Source of the DNA: an uncultured Gemmatimonadales bacterium
GTDB taxonomy: Bacteria; Gemmatimonadota; Gemmatimonadetes; Longimicrobiales; RSA9
Assembly: GCA_963708135.1 (NCBI GenBank)
Contig: OY970192.1
Span: 3,872,001 to 3,936,000, forward strand
DNA: 64,000 nucleotides
Reading direction: 5' to 3'
Under the pieces are notes generated by a model. The model did not search any database. It saw nothing but the letters and a program-made list of their open reading frames with translations, and was not told the DNA's origin. The translations under genes and the position numbers were made by a program. Shown here one piece after another: positions 1 to 9,622 of the stretch; within the stretch, counting starts at the first letter, position 1; each line of letters begins with the position of its first letter.

Positions 1-900
1 CCGCGGCCGGATGCCGAGGATGACCGCGCCGCCGGCCGTGCCGGCATTCCCGTGCCCCTGCACGTCCCCGTCCCCCTGCCCCTGCCCGCTACCTCTCTCT
101 GCCGGCCTTCCGTGCACCCGCCCGTGCCCCTGCCCCTGCCCCTGCCCGGTGTCCGTGTCCGTGCCCGTGCACGTAAAGTTCATCGCCGGCGAGCCGATGA
201 ACCCGCCCACGAACACGTTCGCCGGCCGGAGGTAGACCTCGCGCGGCGTGCCCACCTGCTGCAGGAGGCCGTCGCGGAGCACGGCGATGCGGTCGCCCAG
301 CGTCATCGCCTCCTCCTGGTCGTGCGTCACGTAGACCATCGTGCTGCCGAGCCGGTGGTGCAGCCGCGCCAGCTCGGTGCGCGTCTTCACGCGCAGCTGC
401 GGGTCGAGGTTGGAGAGCGGCTCGTCCAGCAGGAACGCCTGCGGCTCCCGCACGATGGCCCGCCCGAGCGCCACCCGCTGGCGCTGGCCGCCCGAGAGCT
501 GGCCGGGACGGCGCCCGAGCAGCTCCGCGATTCCCAGCGCCTCCGCCACCTCGCCCACCCGCCTCTCGATCTCCGCCCGCGCCACGCCGTGCATGCGCAG
601 CCCGAAGGCGAGGTTCTCGGCCACCGTCCGGTGCGGGTAGAGCGCGTAGCTCTGGAACACCATGGCCAGATCCCGCTCCTGCGGCGGCAGCGCCGTCACA
701 TCGCGGCCGCCGATGAGGATGCGGCCGGCCGTCACGGCCTCGAGCCCCGCGATCATCCGCAGCACCGTGCTCTTTCCGCTCCCCGACGGCCCGACCAGCA
801 CGAGCAGCTCGCCGTCGCGGATGGCCAGGTCCACCTCCCGCGCCGCCGCCTGCCCGTTCGGATAGACCTTCTCGACGCCATCGAGCACGATGTCAGCCAT
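1..900 (-). CDS. Carbohydrate ABC transporter ATP-binding subunit (MalK/UgpC-like), runs off the left edge
   Basis: Own translation from ATG at 900: [16 protein letters not shown]...GPSGSGKST (Walker A), [17 protein letters not shown] signature, [14 protein letters not shown]. Absent from the ORF track because the stop lies outside the window. Confidence 0.93.
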   Translation of the reverse strand, partial: MADIVLDGVEKVYPNGQAAAREVDLAIRDGELLVLVGPSGSGKSTVLRMIAGLEAVTAGRILIGGRDVTALPPQERDLAMVFQSYALYPHRTVAENLAFGLRMHGVARAEIERRVGEVAEALGIAELLGRRPGQLSGGQRQRVALGRAIVREPQAFLLDEPLSNLDPQLRVKTRTELARLHHRLGSTMVYVTHDQEEAMTLGDRIAVLRDGLLQQVGTPREVYLRPANVFVGGFIGSPAMNFTCTGTDTDTGQGQGQGHGRVHGRPAERGSGQGQGDGDVQGHGNAGTAGGAVILGIRPR

Positions 901-960
901 CACCCGCCACCAGTAGTATCAGGCCTGATTTGGCAATTCGACATTTGAATACATTTGAAT

Positions 961-1128
961 AGGTTTGGCTGTCGCTTTGGTTTTGGTTTTGGTTTTGGTT
1001 TTGGTTGTAGCTGATCGGCATCGATGTATGTGTCCGAGCTGTACTCGTGTCGAATAGACGCGCGGTACGCATGTACTCCCACCAAACTAAAAACCAAACC
1101 AAAACCACAACCCAAACCAGATTCGACC
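961..1128. repeat. AT-rich element with inverted simple-repeat arms, (TTTTGG)n ... (CCAAAA)n
   Basis: ttttggttttggttttggttttgg at ~976-1006 and degenerate complement accaaactaaaaaccaaaccaaaaccacaacccaaacc at ~1081-1118, around a ~70 bp core. Confidence 0.8.
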
Positions 1129-1146
1129 GACCCTCAGCTCCCGTGC

Positions 1147-1968
1147 TCACCCTTTCACGCCGCCACTCGTCAGCCCCGCGACGATGCGGCGCTGGAACAC
1201 CAGCACGAGCAGCGCGACGGGCACCGTCGCCACGAGGGCGCCGGCCAGGATCTCGCCCCACGGCACCTGGTACTGCCCGCGGAAGAGCGCGATGGCGACG
1301 GGCACGGTGTAGCGCTCGGGGCCGAGCGTGAACGAGAGGGCGAAGAGGAACTCGTTCCACGCGTAGAGGAAGGTGAGGATCGCCGTCGTCGCCAGGCCGG
1401 GCAGCGCGAGCGGCAGCACGATCTCGCGCAGCACGCGCAGGCGGCTGGCGCCATCGACCATTCCGGCCTCCTCGAGCTCGCGCGGCAGCTCGCGGAAGAA
1501 GCCGACGAGCAGCCAGATCGTGAGCGGCATGGCGAAGGTCAGGTACGGCAGCACCAGCCCGGGATAGGTGTCGATCAGGCCGAGCGCGCGCAGCATCAGG
1601 TAGAGCGGCGAGACGATCGCGATCTGCGGGAACATCGAGGCGGCCAGGATCGCGGCCACCAGCACGCCCCGCCCGCGGAACCGCAGCCGGGCGAGGGCGT
1701 AGGCGCACAGCGCGCCGAGCGAGACGGCGAGCACCGTCGTCGCCCCGGCCACGATGAGCGAGTTGCGGATCGGGACCCAGAAGTCGCGCGCATCGAAGAG
1801 CGCACGGTAGTTGTCGAGAACGGGGTGCGGCGGCAGCAGGGCGCCGCCCGGGAGCAGCGCGGCCTCCGGCGCGAGCGAGCCGGCCAGCGCGCGCCAGAGC
1901 GGGACGAGCCCCGCCAGCACCAGCAGGGCGACGACCACGCGGCCCGCCCACTGCCCGGCGCGCCTCAC
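1147..1968 (-). CDS. Carbohydrate ABC transporter permease (MalG-like)
   Basis: EAA motif ELEEAGMVDGAS, AWNEFLFAL, several TM helices. GTG start overlaps the upstream TGA (GTGA). Confidence 0.92.
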   Translation of the reverse strand: MRRAGQWAGRVVVALLVLAGLVPLWRALAGSLAPEAALLPGGALLPPHPVLDNYRALFDARDFWVPIRNSLIVAGATTVLAVSLGALCAYALARLRFRGRGVLVAAILAASMFPQIAIVSPLYLMLRALGLIDTYPGLVLPYLTFAMPLTIWLLVGFFRELPRELEEAGMVDGASRLRVLREIVLPLALPGLATTAILTFLYAWNEFLFALSFTLGPERYTVPVAIALFRGQYQVPWGEILAGALVATVPVALLVLVFQRRIVAGLTSGGVKG

Positions 1969-2867
1969 GCGCGGCCTCCTTCCGTCCGGCCGGCGCCGAG
2001 CAGCCGGATGTAGACGAGCGCCAGCACGAAGGTCACGAGGAAGATCAGCACCGATAGCGCGGAGCCGTACCCGAAGCGCAGGTCCTGGAGCAGCGAGTCG
2101 AACGCGAGCAGCGACACGGGCTCCGTCGCCGTCCCGGGGCCGCCGCCCGTGAGCACGTAGACCAGGTCGAACACGCGGAACGCGTCCAGCGTGCGGAAAA
2201 CCAGCGCGGCGAGGATCGCCGGCCGGAGGAGTGGCAGGGTGATCTCCCTGAGCTGCCGCCAGGCGGGGGCGCCGTCCACGCGCGCGGCCTCGTAGAGCGT
2301 GGGGTCGATCGTCTGCAGCCCCGCGAGCAGCAGCAGGGCGACGAACGGCGTCATCTTCCACGTGTCCGCGAGCACGATCGGCACCCAGGCGGCCAGCGGG
2401 TGGATGAACCAGACCAGCGGCCGGTCGAGGATCCCCAGCCGGAGCAGCACCACGTTGGCCAGGCCCGTCCGCCCCTCGAACATGAAGCGCCACACCAGCC
2501 CCGCCACGACCGTCGGCACGGCCCACGGCAGCAGCACGGCGAGCCGCACCACGCCGCGGCCGCGCGTGACGCGGTGCATCCCGAGCGCGAGCACGAGCCC
2601 GAGCGTCATCTCGAGCGTCACGGAGACCGCAGTGAAGGCGAGCGTGTGGAGGAGCGCCGCCCGGAAGCGCGCATCGCCGAGCGCCTCGGCGTAGTTCGCG
2701 AGCCCGATGAAGGGCCGGCCGCGCCAGGGCATGCGCAGGTCGTGGAGGTGCAGCGACTCCCATACGGTGCCGGCGAGCGGCACGAAGGCGACGGCCGCGA
2801 GGACCACGAGCGCCGGCGCCATGAGCGTCCACGCGAGCCCGGCCTCCCGCGTGCGCCGCGCGCTCAC
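1965..2867 (-). CDS. Carbohydrate ABC transporter permease (MalF-like)
   Basis: FIGLANY, LYEAARVDGA, FRVFDLVYVLTGGGP. GTG start overlaps the SBP stop. Confidence 0.92.
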   Translation of the reverse strand: MSARRTREAGLAWTLMAPALVVLAAVAFVPLAGTVWESLHLHDLRMPWRGRPFIGLANYAEALGDARFRAALLHTLAFTAVSVTLEMTLGLVLALGMHRVTRGRGVVRLAVLLPWAVPTVVAGLVWRFMFEGRTGLANVVLLRLGILDRPLVWFIHPLAAWVPIVLADTWKMTPFVALLLLAGLQTIDPTLYEAARVDGAPAWRQLREITLPLLRPAILAALVFRTLDAFRVFDLVYVLTGGGPGTATEPVSLLAFDSLLQDLRFGYGSALSVLIFLVTFVLALVYIRLLGAGRTEGGRA

Positions 2868-4693
2868 GGCGCCCGACCGCAGGGCCAGCGCCTGCCGGCT
2901 GCCGGCGCGCTCATGGGACCCCCGCCCCGGAGTGGGTGAGTGGGGGAGTGGGCGATGCGGCCGGCGGCCACGGCCCGTCCGGTCCCCATACGCGGCGACG
3001 ATGCCGGCGCGCGCGAACGAACGCCGGCCAGCGTGACGCGGCCCGGAGGGCTCCCGCATGCACTCGCGGCGCCCCGACGCTCGCGAGGCCCGGCCGCTGC
3101 CCGGGCGAGAGGAAGCCGGCCCGGGGTCCCCCACTCTCCCACTCCCCCACTCCCGGCCGCAGACCCGCCGCCCCCCGCGGGCGCCGCGCACTCATGGGAC
3201 CCCCGCCCCGGAGTGGGTGAGTGGGGGAGTGGGAGATGCGGCCAGCGGCCACGGCCCGTCCGGTCCCCATACGCGGCGACGATGCCGGCGCGCGCGAACG
3301 AACGCCGGCCAGCGTGACGCGGCCCGGAGGGCTCCCGCATGCACTCGCGGCGCCCCGACGCTCGCGAGGCCCGGCCGCTGCCCGGGCGAGAGGAAGCCGG
3401 CCCGGGGTCCCCCACTCCCCCACTCCCCCACTCTCCGCCGCACAACCCCGTCGTCCGCAGCAGCTCCCGCATGGCCGCGGCGGCATCGTGCAGCGCGGCG
3501 GCGGGCTCCGCCTGGCGCGTGAGCGCGCGGTGCAGGCGCACCTGGAGCAGCTCGGAGAGCTGCGTGTAGACGGGCGTCACGGGCCGGGGCACGGCGTGCT
3601 CGATGATCGCGCGCGCTGCGTGCGGCGGGAGCGGCAGCACGGCGGCCAGGGCGCTGTCCTCGAAGAGCGCGGGCCGGGTCGGCAGCTCTCCCACCGCCGC
3701 GGCGCGCTCCAGCATCTGCGCCGGCGCGGTCAGGTACGCGATCAGCGCGTAGGCCGCCGCGGGGTGCCGCGACCAGCGGTTCACGGCCAGCTGTGCCCCG
3801 CCGAGCGCGGCGGTCGCCCGCCCGCCCGGCGCCGCGGGCATCGGCGCCACGGCGAAGCGCCCGGCCACCTTCGACTTCGCGGTGTCGTCGAGCAGGGCGT
3901 ACGCATAGGGCCAGTTACGCATCAGCGCGGCGCGCCCCTCCTGGAACGCCAGACGGCTCTCCTCCTCGTGCCAGGTCAGCGCCTCGGGCGGCACCACGCC
4001 TTCGCGCCAGATCTCGTCGCGCATCTCCGTGAGCGCGCGGATCGCCTCCGGCGAGTCCACCACCACGCGCCCGGCGCGATCGAGGATCCGGCCGCCGTAC
4101 CCGCCCAGGTATTCGAGGAACACCGTCACCAGCCCCTCGTAGCGGGCGCCCTGCCACACGAAGCCGAGCGGCCCGCCCCGGCGCTGCGCTGCGGCCGCGT
4201 CGGCGTCGAGCTCCGCGAAGGTGCGCGGCGGCGTCGCCATGAGGTCGGTCCGCCAGTAGAGCATCCCCACGTCGACGAACCAGGGTAGCGCGTAGACCCG
4301 GCCCGCCCACCGGTCCGCCGCCACGGCCTGGGGGAAGAAGTCGGCCGTGGCCGGACGGAAGCGGTCCAGCGGCAGGATCCACCCCGCCGCCGCGAACTCC
4401 GGCGTCCACACCACGTCGAGCTGCAGCACGTCGGGCTCGCGGGCGTGCGCGTTCAGCCACTGCACGTAGAGCTGGTGCCGCGTGTCCGCGGCGTCCGGCG
4501 TGGGCCGCAGCCGCACCTCGAGCTCGGGGTGCAGCCGCTGGTAACGGGCGAGCTGCCGCTTCAGGAGCTCGGCCTCCGTGCCGACGGCGCTGCCGGAGAC
4601 GGTGAGCACCGGGCGCCCGGCGGGCGCGGCGCGCCGGCAGGCGGCGGCCGGCAGCGTCGCCAGGAGAACGAGCAGCGCCGCCGCCGCCCTCAC
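2864..4693 (-). CDS. Sugar ABC transporter substrate-binding lipoprotein with a repeat-derived C-terminal tail (~190 aa)
   Basis: Lipobox-like PAAAC, PDVLQLDVVWTPEFA, ALMRNWPYAY, RPVTPVY. Typical domain ends near 3450; the ORF then reads through two repeat copies. Confidence 0.85.
   Translation of the reverse strand: MRAAAALLVLLATLPAAACRRAAPAGRPVLTVSGSAVGTEAELLKRQLARYQRLHPELEVRLRPTPDAADTRHQLYVQWLNAHAREPDVLQLDVVWTPEFAAAGWILPLDRFRPATADFFPQAVAADRWAGRVYALPWFVDVGMLYWRTDLMATPPRTFAELDADAAAAQRRGGPLGFVWQGARYEGLVTVFLEYLGGYGGRILDRAGRVVVDSPEAIRALTEMRDEIWREGVVPPEALTWHEEESRLAFQEGRAALMRNWPYAYALLDDTAKSKVAGRFAVAPMPAAPGGRATAALGGAQLAVNRWSRHPAAAYALIAYLTAPAQMLERAAAVGELPTRPALFEDSALAAVLPLPPHAARAIIEHAVPRPVTPVYTQLSELLQVRLHRALTRQAEPAAALHDAAAAMRELLRTTGLCGGEWGSGGVGDPGPASSRPGSGRASRASGRRECMREPSGPRHAGRRSFARAGIVAAYGDRTGRGRWPHLPLPHSPTPGRGSHECAAPAGGGGSAAGSGGVGEWGTPGRLPLARAAAGPRERRGAASACGSPPGRVTLAGVRSRAPASSPRMGTGRAVAAGRIAHSPTHPLRGGGPMSAPAAGRRWPCGRAP
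2910..3436. mobile_element. Tandem pair (281 bp period) of MITE-like elements with inverted (GAGTGGGG)n/(CCCCACTC)n arms
   Basis: Near-identical copies start at 2910 and 3191; each has a gagtgggtgagtgggggagtggg left arm and a cccactc-repeat right arm. Mobility is inferred. Confidence 0.7.
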
Positions 4694-5190
4694 TCCGGCG
4701 GTCCGCCGAGCAGCGGCACCGGGTCCGCGGCGTGGCCCCAGCGCAGGATCTCGAAGTGCAGGTGCGGGCCGGTGGCATCCCCCGAATGCCCGGAGAGCGC
4801 GATGACCTCGTGGCCGCGCACCTCGTCGCCGGTGCGCACCTTCAGCGCGGAGAGGTGGCCGTAGACCGTGGCCAGGTGGGGATTGTGCCGCAGGATGACG
4901 ACGACGCCGTAGCCGCGCATGGTGCCCGCGTACTCGACCCGGCCGCCCTCCATGGCGTGGACCGGCGTGCCGTCCGGCACCGCGATGTCGATCCCCCGGT
5001 GGATCTCCGGGCTCCAGCCGCGGAAGCGCAGGCCCCAGGGCGAGGTGACCGGCCCCTCGACCGGCCAGCGCGGAATGGCGCACGCCGCGAGCAGCGCGAG
5101 CGACACCACCGGCAGCAGCCGGCGCGCGGCCGGCCCGGCCCGGCGCCCGCGCCGGCGCAGCCACCCGCCCGCGGCGAGCGCCGCCCGCAC
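4690..5190 (-). CDS. M23 family metallopeptidase, probable lipoprotein
   Basis: HRGIDIA (HxxxD), YGHLS, TGPHLHFEI (HxH); LLAAC lipobox. Start uncertain (5190 or 5226). Confidence 0.88.
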   Translation of the reverse strand: MRAALAAGGWLRRRGRRAGPAARRLLPVVSLALLAACAIPRWPVEGPVTSPWGLRFRGWSPEIHRGIDIAVPDGTPVHAMEGGRVEYAGTMRGYGVVVILRHNPHLATVYGHLSALKVRTGDEVRGHEVIALSGHSGDATGPHLHFEILRWGHAADPVPLLGGPPE

Positions 5191-5234
5191 GGCCGGCCCG
5201 CTGCATCCCCGGGCGCCAGCCGCCACGCGCCGCC

Positions 5235-7262
5235 TCAGCCGCCGGCCGGCCCCGGCCGCGGCCACGCGTTGTTCGTGCGATCGACGTCCGGCAGGATGCC
5301 GTCCGGATCGATCGTCACCTTCATTACGGGGGCCGTCGTGTGCACGGTCTCGCGCAGCACGCGGATGTCGGGGAGCCACTTCGTGGCCGGGATCTTCACG
5401 CGCTGCATGCTGCCGTCCTGGAGGGTCAGGCCGAGCAGCACGGGCATCGGCAGGTCGCCCAGGTCCTCGACGGTCACCGTCACCGTCTCGCCGCCGCCCG
5501 CCGCGGCAGTCTGGTCGAGCCCGGTCACGGCCTGGTCGAGCGTACCCGTCGTGTACCACCAGGGGTAGAAGAACCAGGAGAGGTCGCGGTGCGCCAGGGC
5601 GCTCACGGTGTTGAAGAAGTCGAGCGGCTGCGGGTGCTTGAAGCGCCAGCGCCGGGTGTAGGCCCACAGCGCCGCCTGCAGGGTATCGGGCGTGATGATG
5701 GTGCCCAGCGCGCGCAGCGCGAGCCCGGGCTTGAAGTAGGCGCCCACGCCGTAGGCGACGTAGGGGCCGAACAGGTCGGCCTCGCGCATCATCGGCTTCT
5801 CGGTCTCCGTCCCGGCGATGCGGAGGTAGCCCTCCATCTCGTCCGCGAACGCGCTGTCCGCCGGGTAGAAGTGCTGCATGGCGACGTTCTCGATGTAGGT
5901 GTTGAGCCCCTCGTCCTGCCATGCGTAGTCGTGCTCGTCGGAGCCGGCCATCATCGGGTACCACTGGTGATCGACCTCGTGGATGATCACGTCGTCGAGC
6001 ATCTGCGCGTCGTCGTACGCCGAAACGAACACGATCATCGGGTACTCCATCCCGCCCTCCGGCCCCTCCGCGGACGTGATCTGCGGGTAGGCGTAGGAGC
6101 CGTAGCGCGGCGCCTGGTAGGCGATCGTGTGCTGCGTGTACAGCGCCGCCTTCTTCCACGTCGTCGCCTCGGGGCGGTAGAACGCGTTGACCGCCACCTG
6201 CGTCGTTCCGCCAAGCGTGTCCGGCTCCGCCACGTGCGTGGCGTCCCAGAGGTAGCGGTTGGACGCCGCGAACGCGAAGTCGCGGACGTCCGCCGCATGG
6301 AAGCGCCACGTCAGCTCGCCGCCCGGCGCCTGCGTCGTGGCGCTGCCCGCCCCCATGTCGTCGCGCCCCACCACGTGCACCACCGTGTCGACGCGCGCCG
6401 CCAGCGCGACCCGCTGGCGCACCGCCGGCGTGAGCACCTCGTCCGCGTTCTGCAGCTCACCCGTGCCCGCCACCAGGAAGCCCTCCGGCAGCGTCACGCT
6501 CACATCGAAGTCGCCGTACTCGAGGTAGAACTCGCCCGTGCCCAGGTACTGGCTCGTGTCCCAGCCGTGGACGTCGTCGTAGACGGCCACCTGCGGGTAC
6601 CACTGCGCCAGCAGGAACAGCGTGCTGCCCACGTGGCCCATGCGCGGCGCGCCCGCGGGCGGCACGGTGAAGTGCCAGGCGATGTCCAGCCGCGCCGTGC
6701 CGCCCGGCGCGAGCGGCCGCGGCAGCCGCAGCCCCATGAGCGTCCCCTGCACCTGGTAGGATGGCGACCCGGGGCCCGCGGCGTGCCCCGACCGCGCCGT
6801 CCTGCCGTCCACCGACACCTTCTCGAGCACCATCCCGTCCGTGATCGGGGCGTGGTCCGTCCGCGCCTCCCCCGCCTTGAACAGGTTCTGGTAGAGGTGC
6901 AGCACGAGACCGCTCAGCGTGTCGGGCGAGTTGTTCACATAGCTCACCGTCTCCTGCCCGTTCAGCCGCGCCCCCTTCGGGTCGAGCTCCGCCTCGATCT
7001 CGTAGCTCACCCGCTGCTGCCAGTACCGCGCCCCCGGTGTGCCGGCCATCGTGCGGGTGCCCGCGGCCACGGCGTCGCGGAAGCCCGGCGGCACGGGAAT
7101 CGGCCGCACGTCGTAGCGCGGGGCGCCGCGCTCCGCGGCCGGCCTCGCCGCCGGGCCGGTGGGCGCCTGGCGCGGCGCCGGCGCGGGCGGCGGCGCGTGG
7201 GCGCACGAGGCCAGCGCCGCGAGCGCGAGAAACGGAACCAGACCCGACCGTGGCGAGCCCAT
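5235..7262 (-). CDS. M1 family zinc aminopeptidase, lipoprotein
   Basis: GGMEYP exopeptidase motif, HEVDHQW (HExxH) with downstream E in WQDEGLNTY; LASC lipobox. Confidence 0.9.
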   Translation of the reverse strand: MGSPRSGLVPFLALAALASCAHAPPPAPAPRQAPTGPAARPAAERGAPRYDVRPIPVPPGFRDAVAAGTRTMAGTPGARYWQQRVSYEIEAELDPKGARLNGQETVSYVNNSPDTLSGLVLHLYQNLFKAGEARTDHAPITDGMVLEKVSVDGRTARSGHAAGPGSPSYQVQGTLMGLRLPRPLAPGGTARLDIAWHFTVPPAGAPRMGHVGSTLFLLAQWYPQVAVYDDVHGWDTSQYLGTGEFYLEYGDFDVSVTLPEGFLVAGTGELQNADEVLTPAVRQRVALAARVDTVVHVVGRDDMGAGSATTQAPGGELTWRFHAADVRDFAFAASNRYLWDATHVAEPDTLGGTTQVAVNAFYRPEATTWKKAALYTQHTIAYQAPRYGSYAYPQITSAEGPEGGMEYPMIVFVSAYDDAQMLDDVIIHEVDHQWYPMMAGSDEHDYAWQDEGLNTYIENVAMQHFYPADSAFADEMEGYLRIAGTETEKPMMREADLFGPYVAYGVGAYFKPGLALRALGTIITPDTLQAALWAYTRRWRFKHPQPLDFFNTVSALAHRDLSWFFYPWWYTTGTLDQAVTGLDQTAAAGGGETVTVTVEDLGDLPMPVLLGLTLQDGSMQRVKIPATKWLPDIRVLRETVHTTAPVMKVTIDPDGILPDVDRTNNAWPRPGPAGG

Positions 7263-7587
7263 GCTTCCTCCCCTCCAGCGTTTGATCGGCGGCCCGCGGC
7301 ACCGGCGCGGCCCGCCTCGCCGGACCGGCCAGGCCGGTCCGTGGCCTCAACTTGAGGCGCCCCCGACCCCCGTGCAACGTCCCGGCACCCCCTGCGGGGA
7401 GGCGCACGCCCCTTTCCATGTCGCCTCCGGGGAGGGGCGACCGCGGTACGGGACGTGCTGCGAGGAGCCGCGCCGCCGGGGCTGCCTGTACGGCCGCCAG
7501 GGCGAGCCGCGGGATGGGTGATGCTCGCCGCCCGCCCGCTTTACAGGATCCGGGGAATCCCTTATCCTTTCGAGCTTTGCCCCCACA

Positions 7588-8574
7588 ATGACAGCGGATC
7601 CGCACGCCCGGCGATCGGGCGCGGGGATGCCGCCGAGGGGAAGGCGAATGGGCGGAATCGCGGAAGCCGAGACCCTCGCTGCGGCGCCGGGCCGGAGCGC
7701 GCCGGCGCACGGGTGGGCGCGCGTGTCCGCATTCGTCGAGCTGACCAAGCCGGGGATCACGCGGCTCGTCACGCTGACAACCGCCGCCGGCTTCTACCTG
7801 GCCACGAGCGGTCCCGTGGACTTCGTGCGCATGCTGCACACGATGCTCGGCGTGGCGATCGTGGCGAGCGGCGCGAGCGCGCTGAACCAGTACCTGGAGC
7901 GGGACGCGGACGCGCGCATGGTGCGGACCCGGCGCCGCCCGCTGCCGTCCGGGCGGCTCACGCCGGGCGAGGCGCTGGCGTTCGCGTCGGGGATCTCGGT
8001 ATTCGGGATCCTCTACCTGCTCGTCCTGGTGAACCCGGCCACGGCGCTGGTCGTGGCGCTCACGCTGGTGACCTACGCGTTCGTCTACACGCCGCTCAAG
8101 CGAGTGACCTCGCTCTCCACGCTGGTCGGCGCGGTGCCCGGCGCGCTGCCGATCCTGGCCGGGTGGACGGGCGCGGGGGGCGCGCTCGGCACGCGCGCCT
8201 GGTCGCTCTTCGGCATCCTCTTCCTCTGGCAGATCCCGCACTTCCTCGCGCTGGCCTGGCTGTTCCGGGACGACTACAGGAAAGGCGGCTTCGTGATGCT
8301 CAGCCTGCGCGATCTCGATGGGCGGCACCTGTCGTTCCAGGCGTTCAACTACACCCTGGGGCTGGTCCTGGTCAGCGTCACGCCCACGCTGATCGGGCTG
8401 ACCGGAACCCTCTACATGGTGGGCGCCTTGCTCCTCGGGGGGGTGTTCCTGGCCCTGTGCCTGACCGTGCTCTACGAGCGCTCGGACCTGACGGCGCGCC
8501 GCCTGTTTCTGGCAAGCGTCTTGTATCTGCCCCTTCTCCTCGTGCTGATGGTGGTGGACAAGATCCCGCACTAG
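7588..8574 (+). CDS. cyoE: Protoheme IX farnesyltransferase (heme O synthase)
   Basis: ELTKPGI, NQYLERDADARMVRTRRRPLPSG, YTPLKR, WQIPHFLALA, DDYRKGG. Confidence 0.95.
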   Translation: MTADPHARRSGAGMPPRGRRMGGIAEAETLAAAPGRSAPAHGWARVSAFVELTKPGITRLVTLTTAAGFYLATSGPVDFVRMLHTMLGVAIVASGASALNQYLERDADARMVRTRRRPLPSGRLTPGEALAFASGISVFGILYLLVLVNPATALVVALTLVTYAFVYTPLKRVTSLSTLVGAVPGALPILAGWTGAGGALGTRAWSLFGILFLWQIPHFLALAWLFRDDYRKGGFVMLSLRDLDGRHLSFQAFNYTLGLVLVSVTPTLIGLTGTLYMVGALLLGGVFLALCLTVLYERSDLTARRLFLASVLYLPLLLVLMVVDKIPH

Positions 8575-8641
8575 CATCCCGCGGTCGACGCACCGGGGTC
8601 GAATCGCCGCTGGCAGGGGTCCCCTGGAACCGGAGGCAGAA

Positions 8642-9601
8642 GTGACCCGGCACAGCAAGACTCTCGTTCATGGCGCCATCGGCGGCGTCATTGCCGCGAC
8701 CGTCCTCGCGCTCTGGTTCTTCATCTTCGATGCGATACGGGGCGACCTCTTCTTCGTCCCCGGCTTCGTGGCCAGCGTGCTCTTCAATCTCGGCCACGTC
8801 TCCGAGAGCGCCGGCGTCATCATCGGCTACACCGCCCTCCACTACGCCGTCTTCATCGTGGTGAGCATCGCGCTGGCCTACCTGCTGCGCGGCGTCGGCA
8901 AGACGCCGGGCCTGTTCCTCGGCCTCGTCATCGGCTTCCTCTTCTTCGACCTCATCTTCTACGCGGGGCTCATCATCAGCGGCGCGAACATCATCAAGGG
9001 GATCGGCTGGCCCGAGGTCCTCATTGGCGATTGCCTCTCCGGGATCGCGCTCATGCTCTACCTCGGCGCCGTCCACGAGGCGCCGACCATCGCCTGGGGT
9101 GCGGAGCTGGCCGCCTCGCGCACGCTCCGCGAGGGCGTCATCTCGGGGCTCATCGGCGCCGTTGCCGTCGCCGTGTGGATGGCCATCGTCAACCTGGCCT
9201 ACGGCCGCGTCCTGTTCACCCCCGCCGCCCTCGGCTCCGCCCTCTTCTACGGCGCCCGCCACATCACCGAGGTCCATGCCGACGTCACCACCGTGATCGG
9301 CTACACCGTGATCCACGTGGTGCTCTTCGTCGCCGCGGGCTGGGTGGCCGCCGCCATGCTCACCAAGAGCGAGGAGACGCCGCCCCTCATCCTGGGGCTC
9401 GTCCTGCTCGTGGTCTCGATGGAGGCGCTCTTCATCGGCGTCACCGCCATCTTCGCGCAGTGGATCCTGGGCTACGTCGGCTGGTGGGCGATCCTGGGCG
9501 GGAACATCATCGGCGGCGTGGCCATGGGCCTCTACCTCTGGAAGGCCCACCCGCGGCTCGCGATGCGCCTGCGCGAGCGGCCGCTGGAGGACCCGACCTG
9601 A
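8642..9601 (+). CDS. Hypothetical polytopic membrane protein made of two homologous halves
   Basis: Halves begin TLVHGAIGGVIAATVLALWF / TLREGVISGLIGAVAVAVWM; both contain IGYTxxH; GGAGG RBS upstream. Confidence 0.8.
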   Translation: MTRHSKTLVHGAIGGVIAATVLALWFFIFDAIRGDLFFVPGFVASVLFNLGHVSESAGVIIGYTALHYAVFIVVSIALAYLLRGVGKTPGLFLGLVIGFLFFDLIFYAGLIISGANIIKGIGWPEVLIGDCLSGIALMLYLGAVHEAPTIAWGAELAASRTLREGVISGLIGAVAVAVWMAIVNLAYGRVLFTPAALGSALFYGARHITEVHADVTTVIGYTVIHVVLFVAAGWVAAAMLTKSEETPPLILGLVLLVVSMEALFIGVTAIFAQWILGYVGWWAILGGNIIGGVAMGLYLWKAHPRLAMRLRERPLEDPT

Positions 9602-9622
9602 GGGCACGCCCGCGTACGGCCA

